Positions 17,582 through 27,151 of a DNA stretch of 64,000 nucleotides are shown here, piece after piece. The DNA is from Candidatus Poribacteria bacterium (GTDB taxonomy: Bacteria > Poribacteria > WGA-4E > WGA-3G), in NCBI GenBank assembly GCA_965214095.1, contig OZ243938.1, positions 672,001 through 736,000 on the forward strand, read 5' to 3'. Under the pieces are notes generated by a model. That model was not told the origin of the DNA. It did no database searches and saw only the letters and a program-made list of their open reading frames with translations. Each line of letters begins with the position of its first letter. The first letter of the stretch is position 1. The position numbers and the translations under genes are program-made.

Positions 17582-18454
17582 ATGGCACAATATGACGAAA
17601 TCGTGAAGCATCTGATGCACCAGTACGCCAATGAGTTTGCCATGCTATCCTTTGGCACACAAGATGTCCAAGTATTAGAGACACTTGACACCGAACACCA
17701 AAAGATTAAGGTGCATCGCAATGACATGACATTTAAAGTGCTATGGCACAATGAGACAGTCCTTCTACATATAGAGGTGCAAACACAGGATAGCAGAGAT
17801 AAACCGATGCCATTGCGGATGCTCTCTTATGCAAGTGAACTCCTGCTACGTCATGAACTTCCCGTGTATTCGGTGGTGATATATTTAAGTCCAAATGCGG
17901 GGCAGACCGACCCGGGTGGATACAGTTATGGAAATGATGTGTTCGGTTTGCAGCATAAATATCAGGTAATTCGGTTGGCGGATTTAGAAGGGGAGGCGTT
18001 TTTGGAAGCAGCATCGGTTGGACTGCTACCGTTTACGCCTTTAATGAAGCCACCAGAGGGTATCAACACAGAAGCATGGTTGCAAAGATGTGTTGAGAAG
18101 ACAGAAACCGCACCCGTTGACTTACAAACACGTGGAACGCTGTTGTTTGCCCTATCTCTATTAGGTGGCTTAGTCCATGACCCAAGTTTTTTTGAAAAAC
18201 TTATAACGGAGGAAATCATGCAAGAATCTCCATTTTACGAACTAATTATACAACGTGGTGTTGAACGAGGTGCACGTGAAACTTCCATCAATAATATTCT
18301 ATCTGTGCTCACTGAGCGTTTTCCACAGAGCGGTGTGCAACCAGTGGTGGAAGCACTTGAATCTATTCAAGACCTTGATCACTTGACAATATTGCTTCGT
18401 AAAGCAGTCAAGACTCCCAGTGTCAAAGAATTCTTACAAGCAATTGATTCATAA
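17582..18454 (+). CDS. Rpn family recombination-promoting nuclease / PD-(D/E)XK putative transposase
   Basis: Near-identical nuclease domain to 13665 with a divergent C-terminus; internal GGAGG RBS before M(18218)QESP. Confidence 0.85.
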   Translation: MAQYDEIVKHLMHQYANEFAMLSFGTQDVQVLETLDTEHQKIKVHRNDMTFKVLWHNETVLLHIEVQTQDSRDKPMPLRMLSYASELLLRHELPVYSVVIYLSPNAGQTDPGGYSYGNDVFGLQHKYQVIRLADLEGEAFLEAASVGLLPFTPLMKPPEGINTEAWLQRCVEKTETAPVDLQTRGTLLFALSLLGGLVHDPSFFEKLITEEIMQESPFYELIIQRGVERGARETSINNILSVLTERFPQSGVQPVVEALESIQDLDHLTILLRKAVKTPSVKEFLQAIDS

Positions 18455-18486
18455 AACACCTTAACAGAATTGAAATCACGCCCCTA

Positions 18487-18544
18487 ATGCAACCCAAAAT
18501 CACCGTCATCGGCAGTGCAAACGTTGACCGCGTCATCTGCACAG
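18487..18544 (+). pseudogene. 5' fragment of ribokinase (rbsK), copy 2
   Basis: Identical to 14703-14760. Confidence 0.8.
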
Positions 18545-18571
18545 TCTTTAGGAAAAGGCACAACACACAGC

Positions 18572-18662
18572 ATGGCACAATATGACGAAATCGTGAAGCA
18601 TCTGATGCACCAGTCCGCCAATGAGTTGCCATGCAATCCTTTGGCACACCCGATGTCCAAGT
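18572..18662 (+). pseudogene. 5' fragment of an Rpn-family gene (frameshifted)
   Basis: MAQYDEIVKHLMHQSANE...; same breakpoint GATGTCCAAGT|TTTCAGGG as the other fragments. Confidence 0.75.
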
Positions 18663-18760
18663 TTTCAGGGTTATTTATGGTGAAGTATGAAATTATATCT
18701 ACACTTTCTTTCTACGGTAGGCAAGGTTTCCTCACCTCGTCCAAGCAATGTGTTAAATCA

Positions 18761-18956
18761 CTATAGTTTGGACAATTTCTCTCGGTTGCATACTGATATT
18801 TCTAGCATTTTCAACATTTTGTGAGTTTTCAATAGGATAATAACTTGACGAAAAAGTGTTAGAATATCAAAATGAGCAGCCCCAGCGGGGCGAAATGTGT
18901 CCAGCACATCCTGAACAAACGATTTATAGCCCCAGCGGGGCGACAGGTGTATCATT
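18761..18956. mobile_element. MITE family 1, truncated copy
   Basis: Left TIR CTATAGTTTGGACAATTT and both GCCCCAGCGGGGC hairpins are present; the right TIR is absent. Confidence 0.8.
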
Positions 18957-19017
18957 CAAAGTTCACCATAATTAACCATAGTATGAATCCTATAAGGATA
19001 AAATCCGACCTTTACCT

Positions 19018-19404
19018 ATGAAAAAAGCACTTGTAATCTGTGTACAATTTATCGCTTCAGTTGTAATCGGGTTGATATGGCATTTCCTAATCGTACCATT
19101 CCTTTTTTATAACACCTTTGCATCTAGTGTTATGAAAGGTAGAATGCGAGGAGATCCAATTGAATTTTATGGCATGGCTCAAGAGATAGTTTTGTATGCA
19201 AAGAAAGGATTTGCCCCTACTTTAGCAGAAAAAATCTGTACGATTTTTGCTGCGGTGGGGATACACGGTGTTTGGATATTTCCATTATTAGGTATTTTGC
19301 TTGGAATCCGACATCTCCTTTCTCAAAAAAACTATTCTGAAGATAAACTGATCAAAAGCAAAAATCAGATGAATGCAAATGCTGAAAATACAACTTTGGG
19401 ATAA
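19018..19404 (+). CDS. Small two-TM membrane protein (paralog of 47660-48025)
   Basis: Hydrophobic N- and C-terminal segments; shares the PFLFYNT.A and D.IE.YG motifs with 47660. Confidence 0.7.
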   Translation: MKKALVICVQFIASVVIGLIWHFLIVPFLFYNTFASSVMKGRMRGDPIEFYGMAQEIVLYAKKGFAPTLAEKICTIFAAVGIHGVWIFPLLGILLGIRHLLSQKNYSEDKLIKSKNQMNANAENTTLG

Positions 19405-19609
19405 GATAATCCTGAAAATCTACTAATCCTGCAAATCCTGGTTCAAACAAATAGGAATGCAAACCAATAAAAAAATAACGTTTGTGAATGATATTGAATA
19501 AAAAACCGAAAACTATGGTGAAACATAAAAATAAATGAACATAATAACGACACCAAATCCTTCGGATCCTTCACAGATAAGACTTCAACTTCTTATTCAT
19601 TTCTCACTC

Positions 19610-19990
19610 CTAAAAATCAAAATTTGATGATGTCAGAGACGCAGTCTCCTTACAAAGTTCGAGAACCCGTTTACGATTATTGACATCCGCGCCACTTTCT
19701 AACTTCACACTACGCGTTCGTACCACTCCTTTTTTCCCACGCACTACACGCTTACACGGCAAATAATGCTTACGAGACGCACGAGTCCGCCTGCCGAACT
19801 CACGAAGCAAACATTCATAAGGTGTATCAACGGCATTCGGAACACGCCGGCGCGAAAGCTTACGAGACTCCCAATGCCAACGATAATACGAACTAACACT
19901 CACACCCGCTTCTTTACATGCCAAACTCACAGAAGTGCGCCTTAGCAACACAACCAGATCAGCAATAACCCTTGTGACAACCGCATTCAA
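19610..19990 (-). CDS. Small basic HTH-domain protein, possibly phage-derived
   Basis: TTG start at 19990 preceded by GGAGGG; HTH-like SVSLACKEAGVSVSSYYRW. Confidence 0.55.
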   Translation of the reverse strand: MNAVVTRVIADLVVLLRRTSVSLACKEAGVSVSSYYRWHWESRKLSRRRVPNAVDTPYECLLREFGRRTRASRKHYLPCKRVVRGKKGVVRTRSVKLESGADVNNRKRVLELCKETASLTSSNFDF

Positions 19991-20148
19991 CCCTCCTTTT
20001 TCGCGAAGGTTTTTATTATAATTTTTTTCCAAAAACACCAAATTATAATGCAATTAATGCAAAATGTTTTTAAGGATACCATATTTTCAACCCAAAACAC
20101 AACATAACAATATAACATCCTTAACACCATCCCACCAAAAAATCTCCC

Positions 20149-20178
20149 TTGACAAACCACCGACCCATCAAGTATAAT
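20149..20178 (+). promoter_or_regulatory. Consensus sigma70 promoter, copy 4 (rbsK operon)
   Basis: TTGACA-N18-TATAAT, 38 nt upstream of the rbsK ATG. Confidence 0.75.
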
Positions 20179-20216
20179 CAAGAAAATAACCTTTAGGAAA
20201 TGGATCAGAAACACCG

Positions 20217-21185
20217 ATGCAGCAGCCCAAAATCACCGTTCTCGGCAGTGCAAACGTTGACCTCGTCATCCGCACAGAACGCTTACCCAATAGAGGCGAA
20301 ACCCTCATCGGAGACGCTTTTGACATCTTCACAGGCGGCAAAGGATTCAACCAAGCAACTGCCGCAGCCAGATTAGGTGCAAAAGTCACCTTTATAGGTA
20401 GAATAGGGGATGACCCCTTTGCAGACATACTCCGATCCGCAATAGAATCTGAAAAAATTGACAGCCAATATGTCAAAACCGATCCAGATAGCGGTACAGG
20501 CACCGCAACGATAGTTGTTCAACCGGATGGTGAAAACAGTATCATCGTAGTACCACGCGCCAACATGCACATCACCCCAGCAGACATAAACGAAGCAGAA
20601 AATAACATTGCAAATGCAAATGTCTTGATGCTACAATTAGAGACACCGATTGACGCATCCATACGCGCAGCAGAAATCGCAAAAGCAAACGGGACAATCG
20701 TCATGTTGGATCCAGCACCTGCGCGTCAACTGCCGGCAAGTCTATTGTCAAACGTGGATATACTAAAACCGAACAGAACTGAGGCATCAGTACTATTAAG
20801 ACGTAAAGTAACAACACCAGAGACAGCAATTGCTGCAGCAAAAACATTACAAACAAAGATTGCCAACGATGGATTATCCGCAGTTGTGCTAACACTTGGA
20901 GAACAGGGATTAATCTTATGCACACCAACGCAAACCTTTCACGTTCCAGCAATAAAAACGGATGTAGTGGATACAACGGGGGCAGGAGATGCGTTCTGTG
21001 GTGCCCTCGCGACGATTCTCGCTAACGGAAATAGCTTAGAAAATTCCGTTACGTTTGCAGCGGCTGCAGGTGCAGCGGCGGTCTCAGTTCTTGGTGCAAC
21101 CCCATCAATGCCAACACATGAACTATTGAACCAGTTCTTTCAGAAAAACAGTCAGCAAGGAAATACACAGAAACAGAGGAGATAA
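20217..21185 (+). CDS. rbsK: Ribokinase (PfkB family)
   Basis: GSANVDL, GGKGFNQA, LQLETP, DTTGAGDAF motifs. Confidence 0.9.
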   Translation: MQQPKITVLGSANVDLVIRTERLPNRGETLIGDAFDIFTGGKGFNQATAAARLGAKVTFIGRIGDDPFADILRSAIESEKIDSQYVKTDPDSGTGTATIVVQPDGENSIIVVPRANMHITPADINEAENNIANANVLMLQLETPIDASIRAAEIAKANGTIVMLDPAPARQLPASLLSNVDILKPNRTEASVLLRRKVTTPETAIAAAKTLQTKIANDGLSAVVLTLGEQGLILCTPTQTFHVPAIKTDVVDTTGAGDAFCGALATILANGNSLENSVTFAAAAGAAAVSVLGATPSMPTHELLNQFFQKNSQQGNTQKQRR

Positions 21186-21188
21186 GAG

Positions 21189-24068
21189 ATGAAAAAATTA
21201 ACAGCACTCACACTTACACTCTCATTTTTCATATTAACCCTATCTATCCATGCACAAGAAAAATGGGAAATTGATATGCAAAAAGACTTCGCGAAAATCT
21301 TGAAAGCAAGCAAAGATGCAACAGTAAAACATCGTGAATACATTGTAAAATGGCGAAAGAATGGACACCTCACTGATGTAACCAATTTATATGAAGCACA
21401 AAAAGTAAATTACTCAGATAATGCTGCATTTATTTACGGTTTAGGGTACGCCTATGCACTCACGGATATCAAACAGAATCCTGACGCAGAAACCAAAGCA
21501 ATTGCCAACTATGAAGCATCCCTTCAACTTGACCCATCAATGTTCTGGGGACATTATAGTCTCGGAGCGATCTACCAGAAACAGAAAAAATATGATGACG
21601 CACTCACCAAATTCAAAACCAGTCTTACATTAAATCCAAATTACTATCCCGCGCACTACTATATCGGTGAGATACACCTCAAACAAGGTAATCATACAGA
21701 CGCATTCCAATCCTTTGAAATCGCACAATCGCTCAACCCAAAATGGGAATATCCTGTCTACGGCATAGGCTTGGTATATTTCGACCAAGGGAATCTGAAT
21801 CAGGCACGAGCAACATTTGAACGCGCAATACAGAACAACAGAAAATTCGCACCCGCTTACATCAAACTCGGACAGGTGCTCGCGAAGGAAGGCTTTTTTG
21901 AGGAAGCATTAAAAGAATACCAAAAATCTGCTGAAAATCAGCCCTATACTGCTGAAGATGTGTTTGATCTCGCAGTCATTTTTGCTGAAGGTGGAAACTC
22001 AGATGGTGCTATACAGTTGTATCGTCGCACAATTGAAATAGAACCTACGCATGCTAAAGCACATTACGCTGTTGCCGAAGTGTTATATGCTCAAGGGGAT
22101 ACAGGGACTGCTGTCACACATTATCGTCAGGCGATTGATAGCGATCCGGCACTCAAGAGTAACTTCTACGAACCTATTGAACCATATTTTATCGGTATTT
22201 TAGGGGCAAATCAGGCACGTGAATTGATGGCTAAAGCAGTAGCAGTATTACCAGATGACCCCCGTTCACACTTCTATATGGCGAAGTTGGAAGCAGATAC
22301 TGGCAACGCCGATAAAGCAATAGAACTCTACAAAAAGACGCTTGAAATTGTTGAGGCAGAACCCTCCTTTCTGGAAATGGAACTCCCGCACGGTCATTTT
22401 CACGATTCACATATTCATCTGGGTGATTTGTATCGTAAAAAAGGCGATTTGGATGTAGCAGCAACACATTATCGGCGCGCACTTGAACTCAATCCTGCTT
22501 ATGCAAACAAGTTTATTGAACAGGGAAAGACTGCGTTTCAGGCAGAAGACTATAGAGCTGCCATTGAACCACTTAACATACATGTCATCCTATTTCCGGA
22601 GGACATTGAAGCAACGTATCTATTAGGACAATCCTACGAAGCAAGTGAAGATACTGCAAACGCACTCATCTATTATGAAAAGACTTTACAGTTAGACTCA
22701 AATCGCGCTGATGTCCTATACAAGATGGCACATATTTACATTCAGACCGCATCCCATCAAAACGCATTGGATGCCTTAAAGAAAATCATCGCAATTGCTC
22801 CAACAGACGCACAAGCACATTATCTTTCCGCTCAATCCTATCTCGCTCTTGAACAACACGATGCAGCATTAACTTCATATTTGGAGACAATCCGATTGCA
22901 ACCAGAGAATGTTGATGCACAATATCAAGCAGGTAAGTTATATGAAAACAAAGGTGATATTGACAACGCACTCGTCTATTATGAAAAAACCATTGAATTA
23001 GATCCAGAAAACGCTGAACCGTTCTTCAAACTCGGTGGTATATATGAAACTCGCAAAGACGAAGACAACATGATTCGGGTTTATCAACCTGCGTTGATAC
23101 TTGAACCCAACCATCCCAAAATTCACCACACACTTGCTGCTATCTTTGACAAACGTAGCAAGAAGGTTGAAGAAGGTCAAGAGCAAAGTTATGAAGAAAA
23201 TATCAATCAAGCCATTCATCACTATAGATTAGCCAATGAACACGATCCAGAACAATGGGAGTGGCACTATCAATTCGCACGGCTATTGGATACTCACGCA
23301 GCGACACTTGAAGACTACCATCTTCATGGGGATATGGCTGTAACAGAGTATTCAAACACTATCAAACTAAATTCGGGGCATGCTGACTCCTATTTCTATC
23401 GCGCTATGATAACAAACAGATATAAACGCATAAAAGACAAATTGTATCTCAGTGAACAGATCATCAATGATTTTATGCAAGTTGTGACATTAGATCCGAA
23501 AAGAACTGAAGCATACTACCACATGGGTGTCCTCAAAGTCTGGATAGAAAAGTTTGATCAAGCAAATGAAGCATTCCAAAAAGTCCTTAAACTTGATCCA
23601 AAATATAAGGGTGTTCACACTCAACTTGGGAAACTTGCTGAACGTCAACAAAATTGGAAACAGGCAATCAAACTCTATGAAAAAGAGATTGAAATTGATG
23701 ATAAAGCTGTCACAGCATATCAACGTCTCGGTGATCTCTACTACAATTCCGAGTTGGAATTTAACAAGGCAAAGGCGATGTTAGAAATTGCTCTTAACTT
23801 AGACGATAAGCATGTGGATACACTTATTGCCTATGCCAACGTATTATATAGTATGGACAAACTCGGCGCTGCATCTGAACAGTTTGAACGTGTCCTACAG
23901 ATTGATAAACGAAATCTGACAGCAAACTTCAATCTCGCTCTGATGTATGAATATACTGACCGCATTGAACTTGCAAAAACTCAATGGAAACGATTCCTTG
24001 AATTAAATCCACCGGAACAGTGGAAAGTACAAGCAAACGACCATCTCAGCAAACTCGGTGGAAAATAA
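21189..24068 (+). CDS. Secreted tetratricopeptide-repeat protein
   Basis: Signal peptide MKKLTAL...SIHA and many TPR units (AHYYIGEIH, AYIKLGQVL, AYYHMGVL). Confidence 0.9.
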   Translation: MKKLTALTLTLSFFILTLSIHAQEKWEIDMQKDFAKILKASKDATVKHREYIVKWRKNGHLTDVTNLYEAQKVNYSDNAAFIYGLGYAYALTDIKQNPDAETKAIANYEASLQLDPSMFWGHYSLGAIYQKQKKYDDALTKFKTSLTLNPNYYPAHYYIGEIHLKQGNHTDAFQSFEIAQSLNPKWEYPVYGIGLVYFDQGNLNQARATFERAIQNNRKFAPAYIKLGQVLAKEGFFEEALKEYQKSAENQPYTAEDVFDLAVIFAEGGNSDGAIQLYRRTIEIEPTHAKAHYAVAEVLYAQGDTGTAVTHYRQAIDSDPALKSNFYEPIEPYFIGILGANQARELMAKAVAVLPDDPRSHFYMAKLEADTGNADKAIELYKKTLEIVEAEPSFLEMELPHGHFHDSHIHLGDLYRKKGDLDVAATHYRRALELNPAYANKFIEQGKTAFQAEDYRAAIEPLNIHVILFPEDIEATYLLGQSYEASEDTANALIYYEKTLQLDSNRADVLYKMAHIYIQTASHQNALDALKKIIAIAPTDAQAHYLSAQSYLALEQHDAALTSYLETIRLQPENVDAQYQAGKLYENKGDIDNALVYYEKTIELDPENAEPFFKLGGIYETRKDEDNMIRVYQPALILEPNHPKIHHTLAAIFDKRSKKVEEGQEQSYEENINQAIHHYRLANEHDPEQWEWHYQFARLLDTHAATLEDYHLHGDMAVTEYSNTIKLNSGHADSYFYRAMITNRYKRIKDKLYLSEQIINDFMQVVTLDPKRTEAYYHMGVLKVWIEKFDQANEAFQKVLKLDPKYKGVHTQLGKLAERQQNWKQAIKLYEKEIEIDDKAVTAYQRLGDLYYNSELEFNKAKAMLEIALNLDDKHVDTLIAYANVLYSMDKLGAASEQFERVLQIDKRNLTANFNLALMYEYTDRIELAKTQWKRFLELNPPEQWKVQANDHLSKLGGK

Positions 24069-24082
24069 TTAAATTAATTGTG

Positions 24083-24742
24083 ATGGATATTGAATCCTTT
24101 CAAGAAACATTAAACACTGAAGTTATTGGCAAAAGCCACATAGAATATCACCTACAAGTCTCATCAACAAACGATTTAGCAATCAGTCTAGGAAAAACCG
24201 AGGGGGCAATAGAAGGAACACTCATCATCACGGAGCATCAAACTGAAGGACGGGGAAGGTACGGCAGAAAATGGAGTGCACCGCACGGTAAATGTATTCT
24301 CGCTTCCGTAATCTTTAGACACCGACTGAAACAGGATCAAGTCCATTTGCCGAACCTTATCGGTGCACTTTCCATCGCTCAAGGTATTCATACAATCACT
24401 GGACTTGATGCGCAGATAAAGCATCCAAATGATGTGAGGATAGCTAAAAAGAAGGTTGCGGGTGTCCTCACTGAAATTGAATACGACAAACACCGTCAAC
24501 CCTTCTTCGTATTAGGTTTCGGTATCAATGTAAATATCACCGTAGAGGAATTTTTACCTGAACTTCTAAGCACTGCCACCTCACTACAACTTGCTGCTTC
24601 CGATACTGGAAACAGGGAGATTTGCCGAATTGCAGTGCTACAATCCGTTTTGCAAAAACTTGAAGAAAATTATCTTATCCTGAAATCAGGTGACATATCT
24701 GGCATAGAACAGAAAGTATCTGCCTGGGAAGAAAAGTCATGA
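24083..24742 (+). CDS. birA: Biotin--[acetyl-CoA-carboxylase] ligase (no N-terminal HTH)
   Basis: SSTND, QTEGRGRYGRKW, IKHPND, KKVAGVLTE, GFGINVN motifs. Confidence 0.9.
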   Translation: MDIESFQETLNTEVIGKSHIEYHLQVSSTNDLAISLGKTEGAIEGTLIITEHQTEGRGRYGRKWSAPHGKCILASVIFRHRLKQDQVHLPNLIGALSIAQGIHTITGLDAQIKHPNDVRIAKKKVAGVLTEIEYDKHRQPFFVLGFGINVNITVEEFLPELLSTATSLQLAASDTGNREICRIAVLQSVLQKLEENYLILKSGDISGIEQKVSAWEEKS

Positions 24743-25176
24743 AAATGCTTATCAGTGCCTGTCTACTCGGTGTCAACTGCAGATATGATGGTGGCAACAG
24801 TCGTGATGAAAACGCTATCAATCTCCATCAGAATGACGAACTGATACCTGTATGTCCCGAAGAAGCAGGCGGACTGCCGACTCCTCGACCCGCTGTTGAA
24901 ATCGTCGGTGGTGATGGAAACGACGTTTTGGATGGAAATGCAAGAGTGCTAACTGCAGATGGTGTGGATAAGACTGAAGAATTTCTAAAGGGGGCACAAT
25001 TTGCACTGGAACTGGCACAATCACAAGACGCAACTACTGTCTTGTTAAAATCCAAAAGTCCATCATGTGGTTGTGGAAAGATTTATGATGGGTCATTTTC
25101 AAGCACACTTATATCAGGAGATGGTGTTACAACAGCACTCCTTAAACGACACGGAATAGAGGTGATTTCAATATAG
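24739..25176 (+). CDS. DUF523 / 2-thiouracil desulfurase-family protein
   Basis: ISACLLGVNCRYDG, PVCPE..GGLPTPR, LKSKSPSCG motifs. Confidence 0.9.
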   Translation: MKMLISACLLGVNCRYDGGNSRDENAINLHQNDELIPVCPEEAGGLPTPRPAVEIVGGDGNDVLDGNARVLTADGVDKTEEFLKGAQFALELAQSQDATTVLLKSKSPSCGCGKIYDGSFSSTLISGDGVTTALLKRHGIEVISI

Positions 25177-25179
25177 TCG

Positions 25180-25953
25180 TCAACCAATTAATCTTCGAAC
25201 CTGTTCGCCAATATCCGGACTTCGCATCAATGATTCACCTACCAAAATAGCGTTAACACCGACCTCACGTAAAGATTCCACATCTTCTCTCGTATAAATT
25301 CCACTTTCACTTACAACAACTTTTTCGGATGGAATAGATTCACGTAGTTTGAAAGTTGTGGCTAAATCAGTATTAAAAGTTCGTAAATCACGATTGTTTA
25401 TCCCGATGATTTCTGCGCCAACATCTAATGCTATATCCAATTCTGCTTCGGTGTGTACCTCTACCAGAGAAACCATTGAAAGAGAGGATGCAATGTCAGC
25501 AAACTCACGCAGCTGATCACTACGCAAAGCAGCCACAATAAGAAGCACGGCATCTGCACCAGCAACGCGCGCTTGATAGATATGATACGGATCAATCGTG
25601 AAATCTTTCCGTAACAACGGCACATTAACTTCTTCACGGATTGCTGTTAGATAGTCAAGACTCCCATCAAAAAACCGAATATCTGTCAACACGGAAATCG
25701 CTGCTGCACGGTTCTCAGCATAAATTTTAGCAATACCTACAGGATCAAAATCTTCTCTAATAATGCCTTTACTTGGAGATTTTTTCTTTACTTCTGCTAT
25801 GAGATTGATGGTATCAGGTAGAGAAATCGCTTGCTTGAAATCCTTCGTTGGGGGTAGGTCTGCTAATGTTGACTTTAGAGTAGCCAACGGCACCTTTTCC
25901 TGATCTGTTTGAAGTTCTTTTTGTTTGTGTTCAATGATAGAGTCTAAGATCAT
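25180..25953 (-). CDS. trpC: Indole-3-glycerol phosphate synthase
   Basis: IAEVKKKSPSKG, LLRKDF, GINNRDL, VSESGI motifs. Confidence 0.95.
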   Translation of the reverse strand: MILDSIIEHKQKELQTDQEKVPLATLKSTLADLPPTKDFKQAISLPDTINLIAEVKKKSPSKGIIREDFDPVGIAKIYAENRAAAISVLTDIRFFDGSLDYLTAIREEVNVPLLRKDFTIDPYHIYQARVAGADAVLLIVAALRSDQLREFADIASSLSMVSLVEVHTEAELDIALDVGAEIIGINNRDLRTFNTDLATTFKLRESIPSEKVVVSESGIYTREDVESLREVGVNAILVGESLMRSPDIGEQVRRLIG

Positions 25954-25963
25954 AACATCCCTA

Positions 25964-26974
25964 TTACTGATTTGAGACAGATTTCAATCCTTCTAATTTC
26001 TCAAGTGCATTCCCAGAGTCAATAGATGTGGCAGCAAGTTCAAGTCCGTTTTCTATGCTGTCGGCTTTTCCACCAACAACAATCGCAGCGGCTGCGTTCA
26101 ATAAAACAATATCGCGCTTTGGTCCCTTTTCACCTTTGAGTATACTCGTTGTTATCTCTGCATTTTCTTCAGGGGTGCCGCCAAGTAACGATTCTGGTGA
26201 AGCTTTTGGAATACCATGTTTGGTCGGGTCAAAGGTGTATGTATTCACATCACCATTAGAAAGTTCGGAGATGCGGGTAGTAGTAGTAGTTGTGATTTCA
26301 TCTAATCCATCATTACCATGCACAACATAAGCCTTTTTCGTTCCAAGATTGTTCAGCACATTTGCATGCATCGGTGTAAGTTCTCTTGTATACACTCCCA
26401 ATACTTGCGCTTGTGCACCCGCAGGATTTGTCAGAGGTCCAAGTGCATTGAATATTGTGCGGATACCGATTTCACGGCGCGGACCAATTGCATGCTTCAT
26501 CGCGCCATGTAGCATCGGCGCAAACAGAAACCCGATTCCCACCTCATCAATACACTGACCAACCTGTTCTGGAGAAATCTCAATATTCACACCTAATGCC
26601 ATCAGCACATTAGCACTGCCACTTTGTCGAGTCACACCTCTATTGCCATGCTTTGCAACAGGGACTCCCGCTCCCGCTACGACAAACGCAGATGTGGTTG
26701 AAATGTTGAATGAATGTCCTCCTGTTCCCCCTGTGCTGCAAGTATCCACCAATAAAGGTTGTTTCGTAGGAACTTTAGTTGCCTTTGCACGCATCACACG
26801 CGCAGCACCAGTGATTTCTTCAATCGTTTCTCCTTTAAGCCTCAATGCAGTCAAGAAGCAAGCAATTTGTGCATCTGTCGTTTCTCCTGCCATAATCTCG
26901 TTCATTGTTTCAATCATTTCCGCTTCAGACAATGACTTCCCATCAATAACCTTCTGTATGGCTTCACGAATCAT
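25964..26974 (-). CDS. trpD: Anthranilate phosphoribosyltransferase
   Basis: DTCSTGG, FNISTTS, KHGNR, GPLTNPA, DGLDE motifs. Confidence 0.95.
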   Translation of the reverse strand: MIREAIQKVIDGKSLSEAEMIETMNEIMAGETTDAQIACFLTALRLKGETIEEITGAARVMRAKATKVPTKQPLLVDTCSTGGTGGHSFNISTTSAFVVAGAGVPVAKHGNRGVTRQSGSANVLMALGVNIEISPEQVGQCIDEVGIGFLFAPMLHGAMKHAIGPRREIGIRTIFNALGPLTNPAGAQAQVLGVYTRELTPMHANVLNNLGTKKAYVVHGNDGLDEITTTTTTRISELSNGDVNTYTFDPTKHGIPKASPESLLGGTPEENAEITTSILKGEKGPKRDIVLLNAAAAIVVGGKADSIENGLELAATSIDSGNALEKLEGLKSVSNQ

Positions 26975-27151
26975 ATAATCTTCCTCCTATTTTTATCACC
27001 AATATTGTTCCTATTTATTATACAGAATAATTATCCGTTTTTCAAGAACTGAAAGTGAATTGCTTTTTTCTTGACACACTTTATACGTGTTGCTAATATG
27101 CAAAAATCTAAATCATACACACTTTCCATCGTCCGTTCAGGAGAAATCAAT

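Larger units (their letters stand above)
16633..18231 (+). repeat. About 1.6-kb direct repeat, copy 2
   Basis: Near-identical to 12715-14314. Confidence 0.9.

Noticed and set aside
12959-19990. Intact prophage
   Set aside because: Only small HTH remnants are present; no integrase, large terminase, portal or structural genes.
12100-20200. CRISPR array or diversity-generating retroelement
   Set aside because: The repeats are irregular gene fragments rather than repeat-spacer units. There is no cas or reverse transcriptase gene, and differences between copies are not visibly confined to adenines.
26276-26294. GTA trinucleotide run
   Set aside because: It encodes the ITTTTTT stretch after DGLDE in TrpD and is too short to suggest phase variation.
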